Part shown: one piece after another, positions 39,955 to 53,572 of the stretch | Layout of the letters: every line of letters begins with the position of its first letter | How positions within the stretch are numbered: the first letter of the stretch is position 1 | Assembly (NCBI GenBank): GCA_964016885.1 | Contig: OZ024743.1 | Span: 299,212,001 to 299,276,000, forward strand | Source: Eledone cirrhosa | Lineage: Eukaryota | DNA length: 64,000 bases | Direction: 5' to 3' | Program-made: the position numbers and the translations under genes | The notes under the pieces: model-generated | The model's database searches: none | Told to the model about the DNA's origin: nothing | The model's input: only the letters and a program-made list of their open reading frames with translations

Positions 39955-42900
39955 ATTGTTCTTAATATTGTTATTTAACTGGAAAGTTTGTTGAAATGAA
40001 TATCAAGCCGCTACCTGCAGCCTCAGATATTCAGCACGTATCGGAGGGTTCTTGCTGGTCCCAGCAAGCATACCTTTTGAAGTGTTCCAAAAAGCGGGGC
40101 TGGACTAACTTTCTTTAACCATCCTTGGAAACTCTTTGAGATAGTACCTAGTGCGCCTATGACAATAGGGACCACTTTGACTTCATGGCAGTTTCAAATC
40201 CTTTTTAACTCTCACTTTAAGTCTTGGTATCGGTTAATTTTCTCCATCTCCATGTCTTGCACTCTCGTGTCAAATGGGCAGGCTACATCTACAATCAGGC
40301 ATGATCTTTTTTCCTTGTCCAAAACCACCAGGTCAGGCCTATTGTGTTCCAGTTTCTTGTCCGCCTGTATCCTAAAATCCCATAGCACCTTCACCTAATC
40401 GTTTTCTATCACCGACTCTGGCTTATGCTCATACCACTTCTCAGAATGTGGTAAATTGTTTACTTTGCATAGGTGCCAGTGGATCACCCTGCCCATCACA
40501 TCATGCCTCCAGCCTTTATAGTGAGTCTGGGTTAGGAGTTTACAGTCGGATACAATGTGAGCCACAGTCTCCTCTCTCTCTCCACAGATCCTACACAGTG
40601 GGCTAGCCTCCTCCTTGTAAATATGGTGTTTCACCCACTTCGTTTTGAGTGTTTGCTCTTGCGCAGCCATTAGTATTCCTTCTGTAGCCTTTTTAATGTC
40701 TCCTCTTTTTAACCAGTTCCATGTCTGTGGATCTCTAAATTCAGTTTTCTCAAAGAAGGTACTATGAAGGGATTTTTCATGAAGGCTGTTCTTTCTCCTT
40801 GTTGTTATTTCCTCCTTGGACATACCCTGGTCTATTGTATTCTCCTTTAAGTACAATTCTGAGTATTGGCTCCTTATCATCAGTCACGTATTTGTGTAAG
40901 TTGTTTTTCTCCATCTGAACACAGTCCTCTATGTTGATATGACCTCTTCCACCTTCAGAACTCCTTAAGTAGAGTCTATCGACATCACTCCTCTTGTGGA
41001 ACATGTTGTAGATAGTCAATAGCTTCCTAGTCTTCCTATCCATTTCTTTTTCTTCAGCAACATTCCATCTCAGACTTCCCGCACTGTACCTAATAATAGA
41101 CACAGCTCGGGAATTTACTGCACTTATGGCATTCCTAATGTTCAGATGTGACTTTAATACGCTCCTTACTCTCCGAATGTACTCAGATCTTATCAATTCC
41201 TTCATTTTTTTGTTCTTGAAGTCATCATCCTCCAGAACACCCAAATACTTGTATCCCTCTTCAGTGTCAATTTCCTTTATCATCTCACCTGTTGGTACCT
41301 GGATTCCGTTGCTTCTGCTCAATTTACTCCTCTTCATCACAAGGACTCAACACTTACTAATACCAAATTACATACATATATCATTGCTGAAAATACGGAC
41401 AGTGTCAACAAGCACATCCAACTCCTTCTCACTCTTCCCGAAGAGCTTAAGATCGTCCATGAAGAGGAGATGATTGATGGTAAGCTCTCCCTTTCCCAAC
41501 TTGTATCCTGCTCTCACTTTTCGCAGTATAATGGTCAGGGGCATCAGGGCAAGGACAAACAACAGAGGGGACAGACTATCTCCCTGGAAGATACCTCTCT
41601 TGATCTTCACGCCTCCCAAGGATTCTCCAGCTGATGTTAACTCTGTTTTCCAGGACTTCATACTTTTGCCGAACAACTTTCTGATGTTATCTGCCACCTT
41701 GAATATCTCAAGGCTTTTGGTGATCCAAGAATGAGGCACCATGTCATATGCCTTTTTGTAGTCTATCCATCCCATGGCAAGACCAGCGTGTCTCCTTTTG
41801 CAATTCTTCATTACCATCTTATCAATAAGTAACTGGTCTTTTGTACCACGGGACTTCTTTCGGCATCCTTTCTGTTCGTCCGATAACAAGTTGTTTGTGA
41901 GGAGGTGATGGTAGATTTCCTCAGACATAATGCTTGTCAACAGTTTTCACATTACGGACAGACATGTCATAGGTCTATAGTTGGTAACATCATTACCCTT
42001 GATTCGGTCTTTCATTACCAGAACTGTGGTACCTTTTGTCAACCAGTCTGGTACCTCGCCTGACACCAAGCAGTCATTGAACATGGTTGTCAGTTTCGGG
42101 TGGAGAGATGTTATATATACATCTGGGCCTGGTGATTTCCAGTTGGTTAGTTTTTCGGCCTGCCCCTTAAGAGTTTCAACTGTGATACTCAAATCAGTTT
42201 GTTGGTGTGCCTGTTCACTTATCTCCTTTTGCACTGTCTCAATCCACACTGCCTGGTCATTATGTTTAACATCCTGCTCCCATATTCCTCTCCAGAATGT
42301 CTTAGTTTGTCCGCCTCAGGGATCAAGTCGTAGCCTCTTTCTTTCCCTTCAAGCTGTCCAAACAGCATCTTCTGGTTGTTGTCAAACATGCGGTTCTGTC
42401 TATACTGACTGACTCTGCTCTCGTATCGCCTAATTTTTGCACTCTTTGCTACAATGCGTTGCTTCAGTTCCTCTATGATAATATTTAGCTATATATATGT
42501 ACTTTATTTCCAGTCCATTTTTAGTGTCTATGTTTTTTAGTGTCCCATTCAGTAGGTACCCAAGCTTTCCAATGTCATTTCTCATTTCCCTGATTTGACC
42601 ATTCAGTCGTTTCTTCCACCAAGGCTCTGATCTTTCTAGTTTATTGTTTCATCTCGCTTTTATACCAAGTAATTTTCTCACCACATTTGCTGTTGCTTTG
42701 AGGATATTGTTGCACTGGTGAAGGCTCCTCGCCTCAAGGTATGGGATGACTTTGTTTACCTTAGCTGTTGTTTCTTTTAACTTTTTCCTGTCTACAAATC
42801 TAAGGTTCATAGGTTTCCCACTATCATTGTTCAATTCATCTACCACTAAGTTTAGGATATCAACCAAATCTTGTCCTAGCTCGTCAGCATTCATCTCCTC

Positions 42901-43560
42901 AATGGCCGTATCTTTGTTCCAGGTATTATTTATTTCGGCATTCAGATCATTGTCTGCTTCGGATGGTTTCTCCGTTCTCTCAACCTCTTCACCTTCATTT
43001 CCCACTGGCTCGTTTGCCTGGCATACTCCACTCTCCATTTCCAACCTAATCTCTCTGCTCAGTTCCTCCAGTTCCAGCTCGCTTATCCACCCATTAGTTC
43101 TTATTACCCGAGCCTGCCCGGCCAATTTTTGTTCATCTAATTTAAATAGACCAATCTCGTTCCAGATGTTATGCATCCGTTTCCTATAGCCTTTCTCATT
43201 GGGGTTACTCTTCAGGTAACATTGCATAACAGTTCTATTCAATTCTTTCGTCCAGTTGGTTCTGGTCCCTTTCCGTCTTCTTCTTCCTCCTACACCAGCA
43301 GTATTTGGTTGACAGCCAGGTCCCTGCTGCTGAGCCAGGGAGCACCTGCTGGGTGAGAGTCTGTCACATGACATTCCAGTCTCCACTTCACCGTTATTCG
43401 AACTGTTTAGGTTCGACATTTAAACACTCTTATCGAGGATTGGTGAATGTATGGTTACAAAACCACCGGTGATTTCATCACTCCCGGTAATTTTTGTGTG
43501 GCACTATCACGCTGTAGACGAACATAAATAAACAAACAAACAAATAGGTAAAAAAAACAA
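39955..43560 (-). mobile_element. Near-full-length R4/Dong-type RLE non-LTR retrotransposon
   Basis: Single broken ORF 43419 to 40023. N-terminal WTKELN..VMQCY..S.P..GYRKRM, RT motifs [10 protein letters not shown] and [33 protein letters not shown], and nuclease RPDLVV..IVDVACP..EKINRY. TAA-type repeats at both ends. Confidence 0.9.
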
Positions 43561-43581
43561 AATATTATTATAATTACTATT

Positions 43582-44302
43582 GAATGTCATGGTTGACGGA
43601 GGCTCGGCTCTGTAAGGTATTGTAAGGTATTGTACATTTTGACCGCTATAACAATTGTAAATTGTTTAAAACTTTAACCAAACTGTAGACAAAAACACCC
43701 TCCTCCTCGTGAGAGGGGTCTTTCTGCCCGTTATTTGGCCCTTCGGGGTGAAATAACCGCTTATTGGGGTTTTGTACGCAATATTTATTTTAAACCCAAA
43801 AAAAACATGACTACGAAAAAGAATTTCACAAGTCACTCCCACTCATTCCGTCTTCTTCTTCCTCAATCGTCACTACAGCAGAGAGAAGATTGTCTCGCTC
43901 CCTCCCTTCTCTAAATGTGTCTCTCTCCCTCCCTTCTCTTTCGCAAGCGACGCCAGTAAAGAAAAATAGTTTCCAAAATCACGTGCAAATCATGGAACAT
44001 TTCTCTACGATGACGACAACGACGAAAAAGGTGTGCGGTAAATACGAAAACCCATTTCATTAATCTGACATCATGAATAATAGCAGTAGCAGCCGTAATA
44101 ACAGCAGCAGCAGCAACAGTGAAAAGGAAAACAACAGTAGCAGCCACAACAGCATCAGCAGCAGCATAAACAACAACAGCATTAGCAGCAACAGCAACAC
44201 AACAGCAGCAGCAGCAACAAAAACAACAACCACAGCAACAGCGGCGGCGGCAGTAGTCGTAGTACCTGCAGCAACAACAAAAGTAACAGCAGCTCTGACG
44301 GC

Positions 44303-44333
<31 letters not shown>

Positions 44334-47300
44334 GCAGCAAAGAAAAACTAATCGCGTTTGCAGGTATCGCAAAGATCCTGGAAACCATCCTCATAACAAA
44401 TGAGGAATTACAGGAAGCAAAGAAGATGGTGACTAAAACCGGACACCGAGGAATCTGCAAGGCAGCCGAAACATTTTTCGAAACCCAACAGCACTGTACG
44501 GTCAGGTACCACTTAGTAAACACAAAATCCCGTAGGGTTGAAAGAACCACAGAGGCTCAAATACAAAAAGCCTTAGGGTCTGTGTGGCAGCGGAAAATGC
44601 ATATCACCCGAGGCAAGAAATATGCCACCGTAGACGTGCTTTTTGCCACACCCCAGGAGGCAAAGGCTCAATCCTTAGTGACCCTAAGGAGCGAGGAAAT
44701 GGAGTTGGTGCCCTCCTACTGCGGGCAAAAAATTGTGAGGGTCAAACTGACCCAGGTCCCCCCCCCCCCCCCGGGATGGCTCCTTCTTGGCTGGCCGCGT
44801 CTGTCCTCGACGGAATCGAGGACAAAACAACTGTACTGCAAGTACAGAAAAAAGTGAGAGAAGATTGGATCGGCATCTCCATTCAGATGTTAATTCAAAC
44901 CAACCAGGAGTGCATCGAAGCTATCGCGGATGTGATAGACTTCGATAACGGCACTCAACTGCCCATAAGTGTTGAGGGCAAACGCCCGAAATGCGTTCGC
45001 TGTGGATCGAAGACTCAACTCAGAGCCTTCTGCAACGAGAAGACCCTGAGAAAGGAGAACCCCCCCTCCTTCCGAAACCGGCTCCACTGCTACCAGCAAC
45101 AGGACAAGCGGCAACCAGGAACGATAGGTCCGTGGCACCCATACCCATGCCACGGAAATCAAGAACGGCAGCAGCAGTGGAAGTATTAACAACAACAACA
45201 GAAATACCAAATGCAGCTGCAACAGAGACTCCACTGCAAACATCACCAACAACAACAAGTGAAAGAGTGGAGCTGGTACCCCTCCCCGACCTCACAGAAT
45301 CAGACATGGAGTGTGAGGTGGGAGAGGGATGGCAAAAGGTCGCAAGAAGGCACAAACGCAGAAGCAGCGCATCGTCGCTTTCGAAAAGGGAGGAAAGAAA
45401 TGAAAAAAGGGTAAAGGCTACTGCAAAGAGACTCACAGCAGCAACACCACCAACACCATCACCACCCACACTAGCACCACCATCACCACCGGCGACAACC
45501 CCACCGCCAACAACAAGACCTTCAACACCACCACCACAGGCACCAACATCGCAAACACAACAACAAAAAACACACACCCAGCAACAACGACAAGAAAATA
45601 GCAGAACCACACCCCACCCCCAGAAAAACAAACGCACGGCAATAAATACACACAACAAGAAACTAATGACTTACATAATTGAACACACAGACATTTCAAA
45701 GCACAACTACATAATACCAGCACCTATCAAAACGCCAACGAACATAAGACTGGTAAAAATAGCACAGAAACAATACACAAACATTAAAACGAAATTCCCC
45801 AACGCAGGTGGTGATTTCAGAGACCTAGGAGGGACTCTCAACCGGAGAGTATATTCGGACATATTCATAGAAGAGCCGACGACCGGCCGAAGGGACGATT
45901 CAACGGTCCCTTCACCAGACGATCAAGTGAAAAGGGATGGAGAAACCATTCTTCCTCTACGAAAAGTACGGTAAGTGGTCTTCCCCATCTTTTCCACTCC
46001 ATTTCAACATGACCTGACTCAGAATAGGCAGCATAAATGCGCGTGGCTTGGGATCGTCATGGAAGCAGGGCCACCTGCTCAACGACCTCAGGTCACTAAA
46101 CATAGATGTAGTGGCCATCAGCGAGACCAGAATCTCCGAAGCACGGGCATTCGCACCGATCTTCGGCGGCTACGATGTGTACGAATCTCCCAGCCGTCCT
46201 GGATCGGAGGGAAGGAGTTGCTGTGCTTTTTCAGAGAGGCTTGGTTCTCGCCATACGGGCCATCTTCCTGGACCCAGAAGGTAAGTTGGTGGTGCTAGAC
46301 GTGACCAGCAGAGATGGGCAAGCTTTAAGGCTAGTGGCCGTCTATGCCCCGACAGGAGCAGGGCGACCTGATTTCTTCCGGCGACTGGAGAACTTTCTTG
46401 GAACGTCCCGCTCTTTAGTGTTAGTGGGCGACTGGAACGGGATCTCAGATGCACGCTGGGACTGTGTGGGATTAGCGGATAGGGGAGGAGGGTGCAAGAG
46501 CCTCACCAACCTGCTCAGGCGTTTTCAACTGCCTGACAGGTACCGATTGGATTTCCCGAATGTGCCAATGTGGACTTGGACAAATCGCATACGGTCATCC
46601 AGATCATATCTAGATAGAGTATTTTGTAGGGAAATAGATAGGTCTAGCATAGGCTGTCCACAATTCAAGATAGTCAGCTACACGGACCGCAAATTCGTGA
46701 TCTGTGTGCTTGACTTAGATAGGCTTCATAGACGAGGACTCGGCTACTGGAAGCTAAACGCGTCCTTACCAGCGCGCAAGGCCTACAGAGACCGGATTAA
46801 GGAACTAGTTAAGCGGGCGTTGACGGGGGCCATCGTCAACAACAAGTGGTGGTTTGCTCTGAAAAGAGCGATTAGAATAGTGTTCATTAGGTTTAGTGAG
46901 GCTTTAGCAATAGAGAAAAATAGAGCAGAGGGAGAACTAGTTAGAAAATTAGACGAGGCGCTTAGCCAAGGCATCGCGACCGACGTACTTGCGACGAAAT
47001 TGGCCATTGACCAATTCTTCAATGCAAAGAACGAAGGCTGCGTTGTCAGAGCTAGGGTGCGTGCTCTCAGACACGGGGGGACGAAAGCCGTTCAATGGGC
47101 CCGAGTGGCGGAGGCGCGTCGTGGCAACAAAGCCACGATCCGGTCTTTGGTGGACCACGACGGGCGCATGCTACTCGATCCCGGGCAAATGTGTGAAGCT
47201 TTTCAGCGACACTTCGCTCAGCTGTTCGGGGGCAGCGGTGGGCCGGGTCGAGGGATGGACTTTAGTGTCTACCTCGACGGACTGCCGCGGCTCTCGGCCA

Positions 47301-49648
47301 CTGAAGCGAAGTGTTGCGAAAAGCCGATAACAGCCGCTGAAAAAGGGAGGCAATCACTTGCTGCACAAGGGGAAATCGCCTGGTTTGGATGGTCTGCCCT
47401 ATGAACTTTACGTACAGATGCCAGACTTATTCGGAGGCCTCTTGGCGGACGTCTACTACAACTGGCAACAGAACGGGAGAATTCCCAGCTCTGTGAGCCG
47501 AGGATCGGTGGCACTGCTGAGAAAGGATCCGAACAAGAGGGATAACAAGGATAACTTCAGGCCCATAACTCTGCTAAACACAAAGTTCAAGATTTGGGCC
47601 AAGGTGCTAGCAAAGAGGTTGGCGCTTGTCGTTGGTGGTCTGGTGGGAGAGGCGCAGACATGCGCCATTCCCGACAGATCCATCCACGACAACCTCCACC
47701 TGATGCGATACATCGTAGAGAGGGTAGCTAGGGAAGCTGGCACGGGTGGGTCCTTGATCAATTTAGATCAGTCGAAAGCTTTCGATAGGGTCGACCATCG
47801 TTACCTAGCGGCAGTCCTGAGGGCGGCTCGCTTTGGGCCCGTCTTCAGAGGCTGGATCGCTGCCATGCACAGTGACATCTGCCCTGTGATGAGAGTGAAC
47901 GGTCACCTTTCGGAACATCATACGCTCGGTCCCCCAAGGATGTCCTAACTTGTCCCTCTTGTACATATTGGCTCTCGAGCCATTACTGCACAAACTGGAG
48001 ACGGTGAGGGGCATCCCGCGCGAACTAGGATGCGGAAGATCCGTGTCAGCATATGCGGACGATGTCACCGTAGTGGTGTCGAACGCCAAACACATCGAGG
48101 CGATCGGCACTACACTAAGAGAATACGAAGCGGTGACAGGAGCAATGATCAACCAGGAAAAGTCAGTGGGCCTGCAGCTCGGCACCTGGAGAGGAAGGTC
48201 CATGCCGTCCAACAGCGTCGTCGGACGCTGGACGGACGGCCAGGTTAAATTGCTAGGGGTCTGGTTCGGTCCGGACCTCCAGACGGACAAAAACTGGTAC
48301 GAGGTGACGAGCAGGGTGGCTTCTCTCACCCAGAAATGGGCGGAGAGGAAGCTATCCCTGAAAGGTCGAGCGGAGGTGGCTAACGCGTACATCGCGTCTG
48401 TCATCTGCTACCCCCTCACCGTCGTACCTCGTTCTAAGCCCCGCCTGACTGCGCTGGAGCGTTTGCTCTTTCGCTTTTTGTGGAAAAGAGGCGCTCCGAT
48501 GGTCAGGCGGTCCATCTGCTGTCAACACCCGCTACGTGGAGGGCTGAGAATGCCGTGGCTGATGATGCGCAGACACGCGCTCAGGCTACGACATCTCCAC
48601 CTCTTCCTCGACGGTGATCATGTGTGGTCGCCGTTTGCTAGACACGTATTTCCCCAGCTCGTTTCCTTGACGGAGCTGCAGTCCTGGGTCAAGTGAAGAC
48701 CGAGAGGGAGAACCTGGAGACTGGAATGTCTGCAGGCGCTCACAGCCCTCTGCCAATCGGGCAATGTGATCGCTGGAAACTCCACCTCGGCGTTCTATAG
48801 AGGATCAGTGGAGGGGAAGAGCGACGACGTACTTGGGGAAACTCTAGGCGTGGACGAAAATCAACTAGCCAATCTCTTCGGAAGAACTTTCGGGCCGGGA
48901 CCTATGGACAATTTCCAGAAATCTCTGGCCTGGCAGTGCTACCGAGGAGCCTTGCCAGTTCGGGATAAACTCTACAGGCATGGAGGTGCCGTCAGCCGGG
49001 CATGTCCGAGATGCGCGCAGGGCGACGAAACCGTCCTGCACGCACTCGTCCAGTGTCCGAAAATTGCTGACTTGTGGGTTTATGTTGAACACCTGCTGTC
49101 GCGTTTAGGACGGATCCGGCTATCATCTGAGTCCATCGTGAGGATTGCCCCGCCCTGCTCCTTTAGCCGGGAAGGGCAGGCAGTTTTTATCTGTCTGGTG
49201 GCCATGGCGAAAGAGTTAGTATGGTGGACACGTTTGAAAGTGCTGAAGACGAGCACTTACCTCTTCGGTGATGCCCTGATTAACTTAAGGAAAATCAGAG
49301 TAGAGAGGGAAGTGCTCTCTTCCCAGCATTTTGTTGAAAGATGGGTGAGAGGAGCAAGAATGGCCCGAGTGAATGGGCCTACTCTGAGTATATATCTGTA
49401 AATTAAAGGTGGAAAACTGGGAGAGGGCACTTGCCTTGGTGGTCAGGGTCATTGTGGCCTTTTACTGGGCTTTCTCCACAAATGTCCCTCCGAAGTCTCC
49501 CCCCTATTGGGGAATGTTTCATTGTTATTTTTTGTTACATCCTCTGTTTTTGTTTTTACACGCAGAAATGCCCATTTGTACCGTCCTGTATTGTCCTGCA
49601 CTGTCCTTAATGTCTACTTTATGTAAACCCTTGTGGTTAATAAAGAAA

Positions 49649-49650
<2 letters not shown>
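43582..49650 (+). mobile_element. Tx1-clade LINE copy C, near full length
   Basis: ORF1 ~43990-45974 has a low-complexity N-terminus, a KCVRCGSKTQLRAFC knuckle and a P/T-rich linker. ORF2 ~46008-49401 has APE, RT AYADD and CPRCAQGDETVLHALVQC. AATAAA at 49639 is followed by (ATT)n at 49651-49711. Confidence 0.92.
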
Positions 49651-49688
<38 letters not shown>

Positions 49689-49863
49689 CATTATTATTAT
49701 TATTACTATTATATATTCAACATCAGCAACAACAACGATATATATATATGTATGTATGTATGAATATATATATATATATATATCTTCCTGCTATATCAAG
49801 CGTTAACCTAATATATCTCTTCCATATACTGTACCGATTGTGTTGTTATTTCTGTTTACTTTT

Positions 49864-49934
<71 letters not shown>

Positions 49935-50759
49935 GTATGTATGTATATATACAACAATTGAGTTTTTAACAAGTCTCCTATAAAAAGGCAGAATATAAAC
50001 ATAATTACAATGCTAAATGCTCCAAAATTTATTGGATATTTGAAACTGGTTTCAATATAATAAAATCAAAGACTTGGGTTATTTTCTAAGATATGAACAA
50101 CTATACGGTAAAAGGTTATTATTGGGTCACCAGCCTTGTAAGTTATCCAAAATAAAGACATTATTGTATTTGAATCTAGATATAAACAGCAACATTTAGC
50201 TATGTGCAGTACACTACTCTACGTTTTAGGAGTTGTGTATAACCAAGAAGCGTTTAGTTCGTTTGGGTAAGGAGTTTATGATTTTATTTTACTAAACGAT
50301 AAACTATATTAAATTACTCTCCATAAGATATATAGAAATTAATTGCATCAATAAAGGCTGAGCTTCTGTATCTTCAACATTTTCAAATGAAAGGCAATAA
50401 CAGAAAAAAGAAATAAAAAAACAACAAAAACATGATTCATAACTTTATAAAAAGTAAGTTTCTGGTTCGTTAACAGAATTTTGTTTGAATACTATACAAT
50501 ACTGCAGAACATACCTATAGCTATGTAGGAACGCTGCATGTATAACAATGTGTAAACAATTAGTCTTTATATCCAATATGTTTTGTGGACAGAAAAAGAG
50601 AGATTAACGAGGATAGTTTCAATGCTAACCTGGGATTTCTTCAAAGACTTCTTTATCTCCCCACGAAGATAATGCTTATAACTCCAGTATTTCTAATGTT
50701 TTAAATACATTGAATGCACTAATAAAGCATTAGTGACATAATATATATATATATATACA

Positions 50760-50847
<88 letters not shown>

Positions 50848-51091
50848 GTATGTTTAGGCGGTATATATACATAGGGAGACACAAAGCAGATTTTCTTTAG
50901 AAACGGCTAGCGAATTTGAAAATTAGGTAGTAACATGTGCTTACGTCGTATTTGACTAAATAGAAATACCCTGTTAGTTGGGATTTAAAAAAAACAACCT
51001 CTAAATGGAAAAAAAGGGTGAGTATTGCCGTACATGGAACACGAACCCACAGCTTTGGTTTGCCAGATCATGGCAAAAATATAATAAATAA

Positions 51092-51127
<36 letters not shown>

Positions 51128-51513
51128 TTTAAATTCCCTTTTTGGCATATTATAAACAGTGGCCTTTGGTTATCGTGTCATTGAGCTCTGCTGATGATCG
51201 ATTCCAACCGTGACCATCCCCACTGAAAGTTTCGTGAAATAGTATTTTTTAAGACTATACACAGCATTTGTAGTTTTTCCAAATTGAAGGATGAGTATTT
51301 TAAACTTTATTTTATTCTGAGTTAAGGCTCTATTGATTTTTCCCTGGATTTCACCAAATTCTGTGGATGAATCTATATCCTGATCCTTTTTGAATTGAGT
51401 TTGAATTATTTTCCCACATCTTACGTTAACTATTTTTCCATTTTGACGCTATAATCACTTATATATTATGGAATACTGTTGGCTTCTTGCTACAATAATT
51501 TCTATACTTTTCA

Positions 51514-51610
<97 letters not shown>

Positions 51611-51619
51611 ATGTATATA

Positions 51620-52595
51620 TATATAAGAGTCCACTTGCATAAGAATCCATTGATCTTACACAAGCTTCTACATAACTTGGTATAATTTCACCCACCATGT
51701 AGAAATCTTATAATGAAACGATCGTATAGGAAATGGGATCTTTAATATATCTCATATAAAATAATACAGCCAATTATCCATACAATACAATATAGTTAGC
51801 ACCCCAAACGTTTAATTAGGAATATACTCCGGTATTTCCTAATGTTTGTTGAGTGAGTTGGAAATTGGTCGGAGTATCGCTAATAGCTTTCTTCGTTTAT
51901 GTAATTATGTATTATACTCTTGGATCACCAGGCATGAACTTTCCCGTTATAAGGTATGACTCTCTTTGTTTATTTTTTAATATGAATATTGATTGTTTGT
52001 TCCTGTATCTCATATCTGTTATTTTGCCTCAGAAAATATCTCTGTGTCCTTAAACAGTGCACACATATATTTATTTTTTTTATATCCAATTGAGTTCTTC
52101 GCACGAGGCTTGAATTCTTGTCAGAATTCAATGACCTGCGTGTATATTATTTTTCACGGTAGCCTCCTCCTCCCATTTTGGGAACAGTGCGAGATTTTCT
52201 TTAAAACTGCTGGACTTACAACCTAACAGCTCCTTCTAGCACTGATGGTGATTATCACTAAATATTGATGTTGATTTAGTTATTAATATTAATATTATTG
52301 GGCACCCACTGAATATTTATATGAGCCCACTAGCACAAAATCTATTGATCTTACACAAGCTTCTACATTAATTGCTATAATTTCACCCACCATGTAGAAA
52401 TCTTATAATGAAACGATCGTATGGGAAATGATATCTTTAATGTATCTCATATAAAATAATACAGCCAACTATCCACACAATACAATATAGTTAGCACCTC
52501 AAACGTTTAATTGGGAATATAATCCAATGTTAGTTGAGTCAGTTGGAAATTGGTCGGAATATTGCTAATAGCTTTCTCCGTTCATGTAATTATGT
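51620..52595 (+). repeat. ~285-bp direct repeat (51620-51910 / 52318-52595), pLTR-like, between (TA)n tracts
   Basis: TTGATCTTACACAAGCTTCTACAT...GAAACGATCGTA...GTTGGAAATTGGTCGG...CTAATAGCTTTC occurs twice. Confidence 0.88.
52305..52425 (+). ncRNA. Hammerhead with long stem II, core G8 mutated (probably inactive)
   Basis: CCCA-CTGAATA-TTTATATGAG...TCTTATAAT-GAAA-CGATCG-TA-TGGG. The first repeat copy keeps TATAAGAG and GAAACGATCGTA but lacks the 5' core. Confidence 0.6.
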
Positions 52596-52916
52596 ATATA
52601 TATATATTCCTTCCTTGCTCACATTTCAACTAGGTTTGATGGTCTTTATTCTCTCGTTCACGAATTCACCGAATTTAAATTCATAGAAATCTGGGACTTG
52701 TCTCTTTCTTCCTCACTTTCTGTTGCTTCACCATTTTGTTTGTTTACCCTCGCGTCCCCTTTATTTACGTGTCCCAACGACTTTTTTTAGCCGTTGCTCG
52801 CACCAACCGGAGGTATATGGTCTTTAAAGCGATGAAATGCCTATGATGGTTGGAAGATCACTGATGAAGGACACACTTTTTTCATATGTAACCCATTTGC
52901 AACTTCGCAGCGCCCT

Positions 52917-52962
<46 letters not shown>

Positions 52963-53420
52963 CACAAGAATCAAAGCTATGGTCAAAGCATTTATTCACT
53001 TACAATTGTTTCATCCAAACCTAGGCTTGGATTCTTCGGAGCATTTTTCAATGTTTGTACATATAATTGACTTCCTATCCAACGCAGGAGACATACAGAT
53101 ACATATATTTATATTGATGTACAGTGGAGTGACATATTATACTATACTATATTCGTACAGTAATTCAAATTCAAAATCAAAATCAAAATTAAAATTAAAA
53201 TTAAAATACATTCGGCAGATAACACAGATAATGCAAGAGGATAGTTTGATAGTCAGATCTAGTAGGTAGTGTATGCGTTAGTTACACATGGAGCATGCAA
53301 GTGTGTCTCATTTATATACGATTATTGTGTGGCAAGGTGTTACATGTAATGCAGGCACTTTAAGCGGGTAAGCAAGAGTATTATGGTGGTATTATTTATA
53401 TAGATCAAAAAAGTATGTGC

Positions 53421-53572
53421 AGAAAAAGAAAAAGAAAAAGAAAAAGAAAAAGAAAAAAGAAAAAGGAAAAGGAAAAGAAAAAGAAAAAGAAAAAGAAAAA
53501 GAAAAAGAAAAAGAAAAAAGGAAAAGAAAAAGAAAAAGAAAAAGAAAAAGAAAAAGAAAAAGAAAAAGAAAG
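53421..53572 (+). repeat. (GAAAAA)n hexamer polypurine tract
   Basis: Direct reading. Confidence 0.95.

Noticed and set aside
43641-43760. Possible HDV-like ribozyme in the Tx1 leader (TCCTCGT loop, GACCGCT/AGGGGTC)
   Set aside because: P3 does not pair correctly and the GG needed for P1.1 is missing. A simple hairpin explains the sequence.
52855-52915. GATCA-CTGATGA-AGGACAC
   Set aside because: No downstream stem II closure or GAAA before the (TA)n.
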